Assembly: GCA_963719515.1 (NCBI GenBank)
Contig: CAVRCJ010000011.1
Span: forward strand, 288,001-352,000
Length of the DNA: 64,000 nt
Direction: 5' to 3'
Source: an uncultured cyanobacterium
GTDB taxonomy: Bacteria > Cyanobacteriota > Cyanobacteriia > CAKZMO01
Shown here: positions 1-10,388 of the stretch, piece by piece
Layout: each line of letters opens with the position of its first letter
How positions within the stretch are numbered: position 1 is the first letter of the stretch
Notes under the pieces: generated by a model
Databases searched by the model: none
What the model saw: the letters and a program-made list of their open reading frames with translations, nothing else
What the model was told of the DNA's origin: nothing
Translations under genes and position numbers: made by a program

Positions 1-188
1 ACTTTTTCGTTGAGAACAGGCAGCACCCCGGGCAGCCCCATGCAGATGGGGTCGATGTTGGTGTTGGGGTCGGCCCCAAAATCGGTGGGGCTGGTGGAGA
101 AAATTTTGGTTTGGGTGCTGAGCTGGCAGTGGGTCTCAAGACCAATGACGGCTTCGTACTCGGTTTTGGCAGGGGCAGCGGTGGTCAT
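1..188 (-). CDS. gatB: Asp-tRNA(Asn)/Glu-tRNA(Gln) amidotransferase subunit B, 5' part (runs off window start)
   Basis: Manual translation from ATG at 188: [31 protein letters not shown]...[22 protein letters not shown], the canonical GatB N-terminus. Not in the ORF track. Confidence 0.95.
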   Translation of the reverse strand, partial: MTTAAPAKTEYEAVIGLETHCQLSTQTKIFSTSPTDFGADPNTNIDPICMGLPGVLPVLNEK

Positions 189-294
189 AAGCGCGGCTCG
201 GCTAACGTCGGCAGGGCCTCTATTATAGCCCGTTGCCGATAGAGATAATGCGAGCGGAGGCAGTCGTAAGAGGAAAGGCCTCTTTGCTTACCGC

Positions 295-1269
295 TCAGGT
301 CTGAGTCGTTGCCGCTTTCGCCCCCGCCCCAGCTCGGGGCGCTTCCGCTCGCACCGCCCGAAACATCCCAAACCGACACAGCCCCGCACCAAACGCTAGC
401 CGCATCAGCAGCAGCGTCGGCACCTCTCGCACCGACTTCAAAAAGCCGGTCACCCCGTAGCGTATCCAGCCCTGGGGCTTGATGATTCCCTGCCAAATCG
501 TATCGAGCCAGGAGGGCAGCGTTTCAGCGGTCCAGTCGGCGGTCACCACCTCGCCTTCTACAAAACCCGTCTCCTCCAGGCGTTCCGCAAACCCCTCAAT
601 GCTCGAGAATGCCGGGTGCGCCCACTGGTCCAGCAGCTGCCGCATCACCGGGCGCTCCCACCCATTCAGCGGCACCTGGCGATCGTCCCGCTGGTTCCAA
701 TCCGCCACTACCAGCACCCCGCCTGGCTTCAGCACCCGCAGCAGCTCTCGGGCAAACAGGGCCTTATCCGGCATGTGCGGCCCCGCCTCCACAGACCACA
801 CCACATCAAAGCTGGCGTCAGGAAACGACAGCGCCATGGCGTCGTCCACCGCAAACCGCGCCGTCACCCCCTCTGGCGTTAGCGCCTGGGCTCGGCTCAC
901 CTGGCGAGGGCTGATGGTAATGCCCGTTGCGTCAAAGCCATATTGCGCCAGGATACGGGTGCTGCCGCCAATGCCGCAGCCCACGTCTAGCAGGGTTTTT
1001 CCAGAAGGTAGCTTATCCAAACCGCCCCAGCGCACCATCTCATGGACAAAGTCAGACTTGGCCTTAAGGAAGTCTTTTTGGCGCGGCGGTGAGCCGTAAT
1101 GCCCCAGGTGAATATGCTCTCCCCAATAAAACTCGAGAATGCCGTCATCAGTCCACTGGTCGTAAGAAGCCGCCACCGTGTCGGAAGACTGGTAGCGACG
1201 GGCGGTGATCAAGTAGAGGGCGATGCCAGCGGCAGGGAGGCCAAGAAGGAGGGCTAAAACGAGGCTCAT
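295..1269 (-). CDS. MPBQ/MSBQ methyltransferase (tocopherol/plastoquinone synthesis; Synechocystis Sll0418-like)
   Basis: N-terminal TM segment, YWGEHIHLGHYG, SAM motif LDVGCGIGG, VWSVEAGPHMPDK, ADWNQRDDR. Confidence 0.85.
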   Translation of the reverse strand: MSLVLALLLGLPAAGIALYLITARRYQSSDTVAASYDQWTDDGILEFYWGEHIHLGHYGSPPRQKDFLKAKSDFVHEMVRWGGLDKLPSGKTLLDVGCGIGGSTRILAQYGFDATGITISPRQVSRAQALTPEGVTARFAVDDAMALSFPDASFDVVWSVEAGPHMPDKALFARELLRVLKPGGVLVVADWNQRDDRQVPLNGWERPVMRQLLDQWAHPAFSSIEGFAERLEETGFVEGEVVTADWTAETLPSWLDTIWQGIIKPQGWIRYGVTGFLKSVREVPTLLLMRLAFGAGLCRFGMFRAVRAEAPRAGAGAKAATTQT

Positions 1270-1442
1270 TGCGGTGCTGCTTTAATATTTCTTGATAATG
1301 CTGTTTATTATTGTGGAAGCTGACCCAGACTTTAGCAAGGACAAATCTAGTCGCTATTGAGCCGAGCTGGCACCGCAGCCCACTCGTCTTCTAAGATTCA
1401 GTCAGGCCAATCCAGCAGCTAACCCCTTATCCTAGAGAACGG

Positions 1443-1818
1443 AGAGAGGAGGCGAGGTGGTTGCGGGCCGTCAGGCCTGAGGAAAGTCCGGGCTCCCCAA
1501 AGATCAGACTTGCTGGGTAACGCCCAGTGCGGGTGACCGTGAGGAGAGTGCCACAGAAACATACCGCCAGCGGGAGGCATGAGGATACGTCCTTTTGCCT
1601 TTGCGGGTAAGGGTGCAAGGGTGCGGTAAGAGCGCACCAGCAGCATCGAGAGGTGCTGGCTCGGTAAACCCCGGTCGGGTGCAAGGTCAAGGAACTACGG
1701 TTGGTCTTTTACCAGTTCCACTCTTGAGAACCGCTTGAGGCGTGCGGTAACGCATGTCCCAGATAGATAACCGCCCTCCGTTAGGAGAACAGAACCCGGC
1801 TTATGTCCTCCTCCCTCT
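1443..1818 (+). ncRNA. rnpB: RNase P RNA (bacterial type A)
   Basis: Conserved GAGGAAAGTCCGGGCT, AGTGCCACAGAAA, GGGTGCAAGGGTGCGGTAAGAGCGCACC, GGTAAACCCC and AACAGAACCCGGCTTA. The ends pair as P1. End coordinates are approximate. Confidence 0.97.
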
Positions 1819-1939
1819 ATATCTTTGACATACGGTTTTTCCGAAGTAGTGCAATGTGCGACTCATTTTGACCGCGAATGATGCCCGCAAGCTTCAGCTG
1901 TGGGCACTGATGGGTCACGTTGAGAATTCCTGTGACTGC

Positions 1940-2360
1940 GTGACATACTCCCGACGCTCATTCTACGAATAGAGCGCGGGCTTCTTGGCTCGCGCACCAC
2001 AAATGAATGGGTGCCGCACAAGAAAGTTTCCTGCTTCTCCTGGTCTTGTCTAGCCAAACAGCAAGCTGTATGACCCCGATTAGATCCCATCCACAGGCAA
2101 TTTATTTTACGTCTAGGCAATGACCAACCCCAGACAGACTACTTTTTTGAGCTTCCTTTCTTCCAAAAACTGTGTCGCGTCACCGTTATGTTTTCTATGG
2201 GTGATATTTTTCTCGACGAACACTTTGGAGGGGTGGAAAACCTTGCAAACAGTTGATATGTATACATTCTAGCATGAATAAGGATTGTTCGCCTTTGGCT
2301 CACGCGCCTTTCATCCCGACGCTGATGCTGCGCATACAGCGCGGGACTTCCCGTCTAAGA
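1940..2360 (-). mobile_element. Non-autonomous IS200/IS605-family mini-element, copy 1 (left-end hairpin plus omegaRNA-like right end, no transposase or TnpB ORF)
   Basis: Subterminal hairpins CCCGACGCT...AGCGCGGG at both ends (about 1950-1980 and 2312-2345). The minus strand reads GCCTGTGGA...AAGCAGGAA...GAAGCCC...GGGAGTATGTCAC, the typical layout of a tnpB right end. Left boundary approximate. Confidence 0.75.
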
Positions 2361-2401
2361 GTTAAACCAGGGCTCTACGCGGCACCTTTAGGCTCTATTC
2401 A

Positions 2402-3760
2402 TTGACGCTCTCCATCTGACCCTACGGGTACAGATGGAGATTCCTAGATTGCAGGGGAGGTAACCCTTAACCCCTAGCTAGGCATCTCCACGGCGCGTCC
2501 CGCCGCTGTACATCCACGCTGCATGATTACCTGAGCAGCGGCTACATCGCGATTTGTTGTGTAACCGCACTCAGGGCAGCTATGCAGACGCTCCGATAGT
2601 GGTTTTTAACCCGTTACTGTCTGACAGCTCGGGCAGGTCTGACTTGTTAGGTTGGCATCCACTTCGGCATAGAAAACACCGCGTTTCCAGCACACCCACT
2701 TAAGGATGCGAAGAAACTCGCCATGGGCTGCATCTAAGGTGTGCTTCGAGAACATGCCCCTAGCCCACACCTTGAAGTTCAGCTTTTCAGCAAACACCAT
2801 CCCAACGCCATCACACAACCGATGCGCCAGTTTGTAAAACCAATCTTGGCGACGATTGCGAATATGCTCATGCAATAGTGCAACTTTTTTGTGTGCTTTG
2901 TACCAGTTATTCGATCCTTTGACTTTGTGACTTGCTCGTTGTTGCAGCAATTTCAGCTTGCGTTGGAGATTCACAAAGAACTTAGGGGACTTGACTAACT
3001 CACCGTCAGAAGTTGCAAGATAGCTCTCTAACCCGACATCAATACCGACTGCTCTGCCGTACGGCTGCACTTCGGGTACTTCGGCATCAGACTGAAAGGT
3101 GAGCATCACATACCAGCCTGACGCTTTCCTGAGTACTTGAGCTTGCTTTAGTTGAAAGCCATCTGGAATAGGACGCGATAGTCTCATTCTCACCTATCCA
3201 ACACCCGGCAATTTAATGCGATTACTCTGAATAGGATTAACGCCGAGCTGGGGAATAGCAACGACCTCATTCGACCTTGCTTCTTGAACCGAGGGAAGCC
3301 GTGGTTCTGCTCCCACATTGAAACAAACGCTTTTTCCAGACGCCTCAACGCCTGTTGGAGCATCTGAGCGTTGGCCGCTTTTAGCTCAGAGATTTTCTTA
3401 CGAGCTTGAGTTAGAGCTTTGCACTGACTAGCAAACGTGGGTCTAGACGTATCGACGGGAATAATGTACTCACCCCGCAACGAGCAACTATCTATTTTGC
3501 ACGACCTGGAGCGGTACCAATCTTTGCGCTCAGCCAAAGCATAGTTCCACACTCCACGAGAGGCTTCTAACCACTGCTCGTAAAGCTGAATCTGCTCTTT
3601 GTTGGGGCGAAGTCGATATTGGTACATCAGGTTTAACATAGATATATCATAGCAAATCTAAAAATAGGTATGGCGCTTTTTAGATATTGTTCGCCTGTGG
3701 CTCACGGACTTGCTTCATCACCCCCCAACCGCTACGCGGTATAGGCGGAGCACTGCAAGT
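2402..3760 (-). mobile_element. IS200/IS605-family element with tnpB only (IS1341-like), inactivated
   Basis: Right-end hairpin GAATCTCCATCTG...CAGATGGAGAGCGTCAA ending at 2402 on the minus strand, a tnpB pseudogene, and a left-end hairpin region at about 3690-3760 (approximate). Confidence 0.8.
2474..3639 (-). pseudogene. tnpB: RNA-guided endonuclease TnpB pseudogene
   Basis: HTH start YQYRLRPNKEQ, GFPRFKK, RuvC-I GIDVGL, RuvC-II VFAEKL, zinc finger TSQTCPSC...HSCPECG, RuvC-III RDVAAA. Broken by a 1-nt frameshift near 3251, an in-frame TAG near 3194-3196 and a TAA at 2606-2608. Natural stop at 2474-2476. Confidence 0.92.
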
Positions 3761-3891
3761 CATATGGGTAGGATCTAAAAGAAATTTAAGTTTTGGTTAC
3801 ACCGCATCCCCGCTCACGCGTCGTATACGCAAGCAGGTGTGCAAAATATATGGAACCCATACTTCACAGGAGGGCGGACTTTTGAAGTCTA

Positions 3892-3964
<73 letters not shown>

Positions 3965-4214
3965 AAACGCACAGCATAGGCTGTATCAGCGCGGTACTCT
4001 ATACTAGCAGAACTCGTAGCTCTCTAGACCGTCACCGAGACTAGATTAACTTTTTTTGGGCGGCGACCAGCAGATATCGCAGCGATAGGCAAGCTGAGAA
4101 TACTCTTGCTGGGCCAAGTCGGCGTTGGTCATCATTTTGTACAGAGAGCCCTCTCCTGCACGGAGGTTGTTGGATTGGCCATATAGCCCCGTAGCCAGAT
4201 GCAGTCTTGGGAAA

Positions 4215-4660
4215 GTGACATACTCCCGACGCTCATCTTTTAGATAGAGCGCGGGCTTCTTGGCTCACGCACCACAATTTAATGGATGCCGCGCAAGAAG
4301 GTGTCCTGCTTCATCTGGTCCTGTCTAGTTACGCAGCAAGCCGTGCAACCCCGATTAGATCCCATCGACAGGCGATTTGTTTAATGTCCAGGCAATGACC
4401 AACCCCAGACAGTGACGAGTATTCAATTTCCAGCTACGTTTTCTACCGTCTGCACTGTTCACCAGCCAAGGGCTGTACGTTTGTGTCACGATAGCAGGCC
4501 GCCGCCATGAAATAGTTTGAGCTTGGTTCAATTGTACCCTTTGCTCGCCTCGGCGCTGCCCTTAATTGCCGCCTTCGGCATCCAGTCAAGGGCGCACCTC
4601 GACTCGCTCGCTTACATCCCGACGCTGATGCTGCGCATACAGCACGGGGCTTTCACGAAC
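4215..4660 (-). mobile_element. Non-autonomous IS200/IS605-family mini-element, copy 2
   Basis: 4215-4412 aligns without gaps to 1940-2137 (about 30 mismatches in 198 nt by manual count). 4615-4643 is identical to 2312-2340. The middles are unrelated. Confidence 0.75.
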
Positions 4661-4829
4661 TAGCTAACCTCACCGCCAGCGCTACAGTTGCAAAAGGGGC
4701 TGCATCGTTTTTTAGGGTTCCTCGCTCTTGCACGCTGTGCGCAAAAGCGAGGCAAGGCTTTACTAGGCGACTTACCGGAGACAGTGCTACTCCAGCTCTC
4801 TGAAATCTACATTAAGCCAAAACTTTTTT

Positions 4830-5468
4830 ATGCCCTCCGGCCACACCCACGATCGCATTACCCTTTGGAGCCTACCGGCTGTGGCAGCAGCGAGCCTGTG
4901 GGCCACCCGCAGCAGCAGCCTCACCCTGGCGATCGCGGGCGGCTTTTTGTTTGGGGGCTTGATGCTGGGGCCAGACCTCGACACCCGCTCCATTCACCAT
5001 CGCCGCTGGGGGGCGCTGCGGTGGATTTGGGTGCCCTATCGGAACAGCATCTCTCACCGATCGCCCCTGTCCCACGGACCGGTAATCGGCACCACCATTC
5101 GCGTCATTTACCTGCTGGTGGTGGCGGGGCTAGTCATTACGGCTGTTCTAGCTGCCGCCAACGAAGTTTTGCGCCTGGGCTGGACCTGGATGGCTTTTGG
5201 GCGCGTGATGTCCACAGGCCTAGTGAGCTATCGCCCCACCCTGATTGCCCTTGCTGTGGGCCTCGAGGTGGGAGCTTTGGGCCACTACACCGCAGACTGG
5301 GCGCTCTCTAGCTATAAGCGAGTGCGCAAGCAGTATCCCACCTTGGGGTGGCGGGCGCTGCTAATTCCCTTTAAGCCCTCAAAGCCCTCAAAGCCCTCAA
5401 AGCCCAAGTCTGCTAAGCGGCGCTCCGCTACAGCTTCCAAAAAACCGCGAGCCCGCAGGCGGCGCTAA
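4830..5468 (+). CDS. DUF2227-type putative metal-binding membrane protein
   Basis: MPSGHTHDRIT, LGPDLD, HRSPLSHGP, GALGHYTAD motifs and hydrophobic segments. Confidence 0.8.
   Translation: MPSGHTHDRITLWSLPAVAAASLWATRSSSLTLAIAGGFLFGGLMLGPDLDTRSIHHRRWGALRWIWVPYRNSISHRSPLSHGPVIGTTIRVIYLLVVAGLVITAVLAAANEVLRLGWTWMAFGRVMSTGLVSYRPTLIALAVGLEVGALGHYTADWALSSYKRVRKQYPTLGWRALLIPFKPSKPSKPSKPKSAKRRSATASKKPRARRRR
5373..5405 (+). repeat. 9-bp tandem repeat (AAGCCCTCA)x3+ encoding KPS repeats
   Basis: aagccctcaaagccctcaaagccctcaaagccc in the basic C-terminal tail. Confidence 0.85.
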
Positions 5469-5487
5469 GCGTTCTTAAGGACATGGC

Positions 5488-6360
5488 ATGATTGAAGCTG
5501 TACCGCCCTTATCAGCGCCCAGTATGACCCCACATCCCTCAGATAGCCCCACTGACCCAACGCTGAGCGCCCTCCAAGAGCTAATCGACGTTGTCGCTCA
5601 GCTGCGATCGCCCGAGGGGGGCTGCCCTTGGGACCTAGCCCAAACACCTCAAACCTTAATTCCCTACGTGATTGAGGAGGCCTATGAGGTGGCCGACGCC
5701 TTAAAGCAGGACGACCCGGACCAGATTGTAGATGAGCTAGGAGACCTGCTGCTGCAGGTGGTGCTGCAGGCTCAAATTGCCCGCGAGGGCCAGCGCTTTT
5801 CTCTGCAGCAGGTGGCTGAGACGATTACCGCTAAGCTGATCCGGCGGCATCCCCATGTGTTTGGCGACGCGGCGGTGGCGGGGGTGGATGAGGTGCGGCA
5901 AACCTGGGAGGCTATTAAAACGCAGGAAGAGGCCAGCACCGAGCCGGGTAGGGAGCGGCTGTCCCCCCGCCTAGAAAAATACGCGCGATCGCTGCCGCCG
6001 CTGCTGGCCAGCCTCAAAATCTCAAAAAAGGCGGCAGATGTCGGATTTGAGTGGGAGAGCGTCGACGGGGTGTGGGACAAGTTTCACGAGGAGCTAGGGG
6101 AGTTTGAGCAGGCGCTCAAACAAGAGTCGGCGGCGCGGCAGCAGGAGGAGATTGGCGACCTGCTGTTTACCGTGGTGAATCTAGCCCGGTGGTATGGTCT
6201 CGACCCCACTCAGGCGCTGGAGGACACCAATCAGCGCTTCGTGCGCCGGTTTGCGCGGGTGGAGGATGCGGCGGGACAGCCGCTGTCGAATTTTTCAATC
6301 GAGGCGTTAGAACAGTTTTGGCAGGCTGCTAAAATCGCGCTGCGTGAACCATCCTCATGA
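5488..6360 (+). CDS. mazG: Nucleoside triphosphate pyrophosphohydrolase MazG
   Basis: LRSPEGGCPWDLAQT, IEEAYEV, ELGDLLLQV, KLIRRHPHVF and second-domain EIGDLLF. The start may be 5524. Confidence 0.95.
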   Translation: MIEAVPPLSAPSMTPHPSDSPTDPTLSALQELIDVVAQLRSPEGGCPWDLAQTPQTLIPYVIEEAYEVADALKQDDPDQIVDELGDLLLQVVLQAQIAREGQRFSLQQVAETITAKLIRRHPHVFGDAAVAGVDEVRQTWEAIKTQEEASTEPGRERLSPRLEKYARSLPPLLASLKISKKAADVGFEWESVDGVWDKFHEELGEFEQALKQESAARQQEEIGDLLFTVVNLARWYGLDPTQALEDTNQRFVRRFARVEDAAGQPLSNFSIEALEQFWQAAKIALREPSS

Positions 6361-6529
6361 CCTAGCATCGGCGGAGCACTCAGGCTCCAAGTAGGTCAGT
6401 TGCTAGGGCAAAACGAGTTTTCGGATGAAATACGGGTTGCGTAGATGGCTAACCCATGGTGGAATGGTCAATACGGTGCGCCGTGCTTGTCATGTTCTAC
6501 GGGGCGTGGCAGCGAGGTTTAACCACCAA

Positions 6530-6896
6530 GGGGGCATGGCGGAATGGTAGACGCTACGGACTTAGAAAACTGAGCCTCGACGGAGAAATCTGCCGAGTGG
6601 AAGCTCTCAAACTCAGGGAAACCTAACCCGACTCACTAGCGCGTAGCTAACCAGCGATCGCTACTCGGTATGGCAATCCTGAGCCAAGCCGACTGATGCA
6701 ATGGGTAGATGACGCTATTGGCCCAAAGCAGACGACGTCGGAAGGTGCAGAGGCCCGACGGGAGCTACCCTAACGTAAAGCCGAGGGTAAAGGGAGGGTC
6801 CAATCCTCGACGCCTATGGCGGCAGCGAAAGCTGCGGAGAGGGTGAAAATCCGTTGGCCCTAATAGGTCGTGAGGGTTCAAGTCCCTCTGCCCCCA
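6530..6896 (+). tRNA. trnL: tRNA-Leu (UAA), split by a group I intron (exons 6530-6563 and 6846-6896)
   Basis: GGGGGCATGGCGGAATGGTAGACGCTACGGACTT joined to AAAATCCGT...GAGGGTTCAAGTCCCTCTGCCCCCA gives the stem ACGGA/TCCGT with loop CTTAAAA. Confidence 0.95.
6564..6845 (+). ncRNA. Group I self-splicing intron of tRNA-Leu(UAA)
   Basis: Inserted after the first anticodon U and ends in G. Conserved cores AAACTCAGGGAAACCTAA, GGCAATCCTGAGCCAA, AGGTGCAGAG and AGGGTCCAAT. No internal ORF. Confidence 0.93.
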
Positions 6897-6925
6897 TCCA
6901 CCATCGACACAACAGCTGACGGCAT

Positions 6926-6964
6926 TGCGATCGCCCCTAGAAGACTAAGGGCGATCGTATTTTG
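6926..6964 (+). terminator. Probable rho-independent terminator after trnL
   Basis: Hairpin TGCGATCGCCCCTAG-AAGA-CTAAGGGCGATCGTA followed by a T run. Confidence 0.55.
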
Positions 6965-7356
6965 CGAGCTAAACCCACTTCGTAATAGAAAGCGGCGTGC
7001 TGACGCGCATGCCCAACCCCGACAGCGATCGCCCTAGGGCGTGACAGCGATCGCTGACTACCGCTCTTGAGTGCGGTTTACTAGTATCAGTAAATTCACC
7101 GTAATATAGAACTTGTGTCCGGGCATCTTCCGAAGACTAGGTGCCTGTGCTGGGTATATCTACGTATTTGATTACCCATTTGGCCTGTGGCTTTAAGCGG
7201 TAGCGTCCGGAATCCTAAAGGATGGCGCTGTTGCCAGATGACAGGGCAAGCAATGACATCGTCGGGGAAGCGCCCCTAAGCGGCGCAGCATGCATCAACG
7301 TTCGGTCTTATTACAAGCTGACCTAACTAGGGGCATCACGCTAGAAGGATACGCAC

Positions 7357-8850
7357 ATGATGGTTACAGACGACATTGACGCAACCGAGCAGGGCATCAA
7401 CCCGGTTAAGGTTGACCCATCCCAGTCAAAGCAACGCAAAAGAGTAGAGCGCCACAGCAAGGTGGACCAGCAGTCTCTAGCCGCTGCTCAAAACGCCATC
7501 TTTCAATATTTACTGAGCATCGTCAAAATCTGGCCTTCAGAAAATGTGCTGGATGAGTTTAAGCATCTGTTTATTCGCTACGGCGACAGCCGTAAGTCGT
7601 TGGACTCGCCAATAGGGTCGGACCTATTAGCGGTGATGCAGCAGCTTCTTGCAGCAAATCAGGAGAAGGAATTTAAGAATACGCTCAAGCGATCCTGCTA
7701 CATCTTAATCAACAACTGGGACATCAACCGCAGCCACGATTCGATCAAAGACCTGATTCAGCTCTTTTCTGACTCCAGCATTCGCAGACCGTCAAAACAG
7801 CCGCTGATCAACCGGCTGCGGCGATGGCTCCAAAATTTCGTGACTAGCGCCGACTTTAGAGAGCTGACCCTGTTTGCGGCCCGATATGACGACTTTGAGA
7901 AGCTTCACTGGAGTCAACGCTACACGTCGTACCTGCTGGTCTCTCAATACGTCAATCTCACAAACTCCGTCGAGCAGCGAGAAGCGGCTCAGGCCATGTC
8001 TCAAAAGCTGCGCAAGCGGTTCAAGACGGACCTAGCGCTCTACACGGCGATCTCGGAGTCTACGGTACTAGACCGAGAGAGCGATCGCATCAAAGATCCA
8101 ACGGTTCTTGGCGATGACAGCTTACAGCTCATTAAGCGCATTTTGATGTGCTACGGGCCGTTTAGCTACGAGAATCTGGCCAGTATCTTCTGCAAGCAGA
8201 CCCTGGGCTTGGGCTACGAAAAATTTAAGGACTGCCTAAAAACCTATTTGCTGCGATCGCTGCCCGATGAAACCCTGTCGCCGACGATAGAGCGCTACAT
8301 TGACGAGAAGCTCTCGACCATCTACACCTCCTACAGCGATAAGTCCGTCAACGAGGCGCTGCTGCTGCGCACCTGCAACCGCATGATTGAGTGCCTCACC
8401 ACCGAGGACCACGAGAATCCTTCCGATACCTTTTTGTGGCTCGTTGCCCAGGGCAGTCCGCTGACCACGGTGCTCATTTTGCTCAAGCTCTTGCTGATCT
8501 GCCGCAACACCCGCACCCATCTAGAAGCCCGAATTGCCGATCTAATTCGCCATTACGAGAGCTACCCCGAGGAAGAATGTCGTGGGGTGATTGACTTCTT
8601 CGAGATCTTTAACATCACGATGACCGTCTACGGGGAAGACATCCGCTATAGCCTAGTCAGCATCGACGGCAGCGGCTCCTCTGCGTCGACCTCCTTGGAG
8701 GCCTACCGAATCTTTTCCCAGGTCAAGTCGCCTCAGCCAGACAACCTAGATGACAACTCAGATCGCGGCCCGGCTGATGCCTTAATCGACCACTTCATCA
8801 ACGACTTTATAGAGCATGAGTCTACGCTTCCACCTGGTTCAGACAGCTAG
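7357..8850 (+). CDS. Hypothetical protein (helical, 497 aa)
   Basis: Long ORF with TLKRSCYILINNW and RYTSYLLV segments that I recall from uncharacterised cyanobacterial proteins. No function assignable. Confidence 0.8.
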   Translation: MMVTDDIDATEQGINPVKVDPSQSKQRKRVERHSKVDQQSLAAAQNAIFQYLLSIVKIWPSENVLDEFKHLFIRYGDSRKSLDSPIGSDLLAVMQQLLAANQEKEFKNTLKRSCYILINNWDINRSHDSIKDLIQLFSDSSIRRPSKQPLINRLRRWLQNFVTSADFRELTLFAARYDDFEKLHWSQRYTSYLLVSQYVNLTNSVEQREAAQAMSQKLRKRFKTDLALYTAISESTVLDRESDRIKDPTVLGDDSLQLIKRILMCYGPFSYENLASIFCKQTLGLGYEKFKDCLKTYLLRSLPDETLSPTIERYIDEKLSTIYTSYSDKSVNEALLLRTCNRMIECLTTEDHENPSDTFLWLVAQGSPLTTVLILLKLLLICRNTRTHLEARIADLIRHYESYPEEECRGVIDFFEIFNITMTVYGEDIRYSLVSIDGSGSSASTSLEAYRIFSQVKSPQPDNLDDNSDRGPADALIDHFINDFIEHESTLPPGSDS

Positions 8851-8902
8851 AGCCTAGATCGCTAGAGACAACGCCTCGCTGCCGGACAGCCGGCGGGCAG
8901 GG

Positions 8903-9634
8903 CTACGCCGCAGTTTGGTAATTCACAATCTTGGCAAAATCGGCGGGCTTCAGGCTTGCGCCCCCCACCAACACGCCGTCAATCTCGGGCTGCTGCATAA
9001 TGTCGTCAATATTCCCGGGCTTAACCGAGCCCCCGTATTGAATGGTGACGTCTGATGTCAGCTGCTTTCGAATTAGCCCCGTGATGCGGTTTGCCTCGCT
9101 GACCTCACAGGTTTCCCCGGTACCAATGGCCCAAATCGGCTCGTAAGCGATAATCAGATGGTTCTGATCGACCCCCTGTAGCGCCTCTTTCAGCTGCCGG
9201 GTGATGACCTGTTCGGCCTTGCCATCGTCGCGCTGCTGCTTGGTCTCCCCTACGCAAAGAATCGGCATGAGCCGCGCCTCTTGGGCTGCCCGCAGCCGCA
9301 GGTTGACGGTTTTGTCGGTTTCACCGAAGTACTGCCGCCGCTCGCTGTGGCCGACGACGACATACCTCACCCCCAGCTCGCAGAGCATGCTGGCAGAAAT
9401 CTCCCCCGTATAGGCTCCCTCGCTCTCCCAGTGAACGTTTTGCCCACCCAGCTTAACCCGGCTGCCGTGCAGGTTTTTGGACATTGCCGTCAAGGCAGTG
9501 TACGGGACGCAAAGAACGATCTCCCGATTGTCTGGCGTACCGTCCAAATGATTGAAGAAACTAATCAGGAAGTCTAGCGCTTCCGATTGAGTCTTGTGCA
9601 TTTTCCAGTTTCCAGCTATGACAATATTTCGCAC
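8903..9634 (-). CDS. tpiA: Triosephosphate isomerase
   Basis: [41 protein letters not shown]. Confidence 0.98.
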   Translation of the reverse strand: MRNIVIAGNWKMHKTQSEALDFLISFFNHLDGTPDNREIVLCVPYTALTAMSKNLHGSRVKLGGQNVHWESEGAYTGEISASMLCELGVRYVVVGHSERRQYFGETDKTVNLRLRAAQEARLMPILCVGETKQQRDDGKAEQVITRQLKEALQGVDQNHLIIAYEPIWAIGTGETCEVSEANRITGLIRKQLTSDVTIQYGGSVKPGNIDDIMQQPEIDGVLVGGASLKPADFAKIVNYQTAA

Positions 9635-9953
9635 GAGTCGCTTCAGGGGTAAATGTTCAACGGTCTATCTAGACGAATCCTACCGTTTGAGCTGCTTGAG
9701 AAGCAATTCGAGGCACAACTCTTTGGGTTCGGGGGCTGAGATAGTCATCATAGAGAATCGGGGCGGCGGCTTGCGGCCAACTAAATAAATCTTTGTTCCA
9801 AAAGTGTGGGAGACTAAATGTCGATTGCGACTGTGGCGTGCGACTGTGGCGGCACCTTGAAGCAGGTCTAGTTGACCTAGAGTAGCTGCGCCAGCGGCCC
9901 TGGCGGTCAAGAATCGCGGTCTAAATAGTGAATGCATAATTAAGGGCGGTCCC

Positions 9954-10274
9954 ATGACAATTCCTCTGTTAGCATCCGGTTTAATCGATGGGATTTGTGC
10001 GTTCGACGTTATCAGCTGGAGTGTGCATCAGCTCCATGCAGCCGCAGTCCCGGATTTGGTTAGTCTTAGCACGGCGAATCTAGCTCACGGCCACGGCCTT
10101 GCCGCCGATGCTTCATCCACCGGGGGGCTCGTCTTCGCGCAGTATTTCGAGACCGACGTCTTTGCCGACACTCGCGCCTGGTGGAGCGACTTTGTCAGTT
10201 CTGGCAAGATCTGGACGCTTATCTTCGGCATGGTCTTAGGCTACCTGCTGCGGGCTTTGACCTCCTACGGCTAA
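9954..10274 (+). CDS. Small hypothetical membrane protein
   Basis: C-terminal AQYFETDVF...FVSSGKIWTLIFGMVLGYLLRALTSYG hydrophobic tail. Confidence 0.65.
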   Translation: MTIPLLASGLIDGICAFDVISWSVHQLHAAAVPDLVSLSTANLAHGHGLAADASSTGGLVFAQYFETDVFADTRAWWSDFVSSGKIWTLIFGMVLGYLLRALTSYG

Positions 10275-10388
10275 GGTTTTCGCGAGCCCCCTTCGCGGTC
10301 AATTTCATCCTCAGGCGATCGCCTCGGCCCGCTCCATTTTCGCGCACCGTTTCCCCCAGCTTTCCTCTAACCCCGTAGCGGCCTCGTT

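Noticed and set aside
1419..1690. ORFs antisense to rnpB
   Set aside because: They are shadows of the RNase P RNA gene.
1863..2120. 85-aa ORF across mini-element 1
   Set aside because: It overlaps the structured right end, runs into flanking DNA and has no recognisable TnpB or TnpA motifs.
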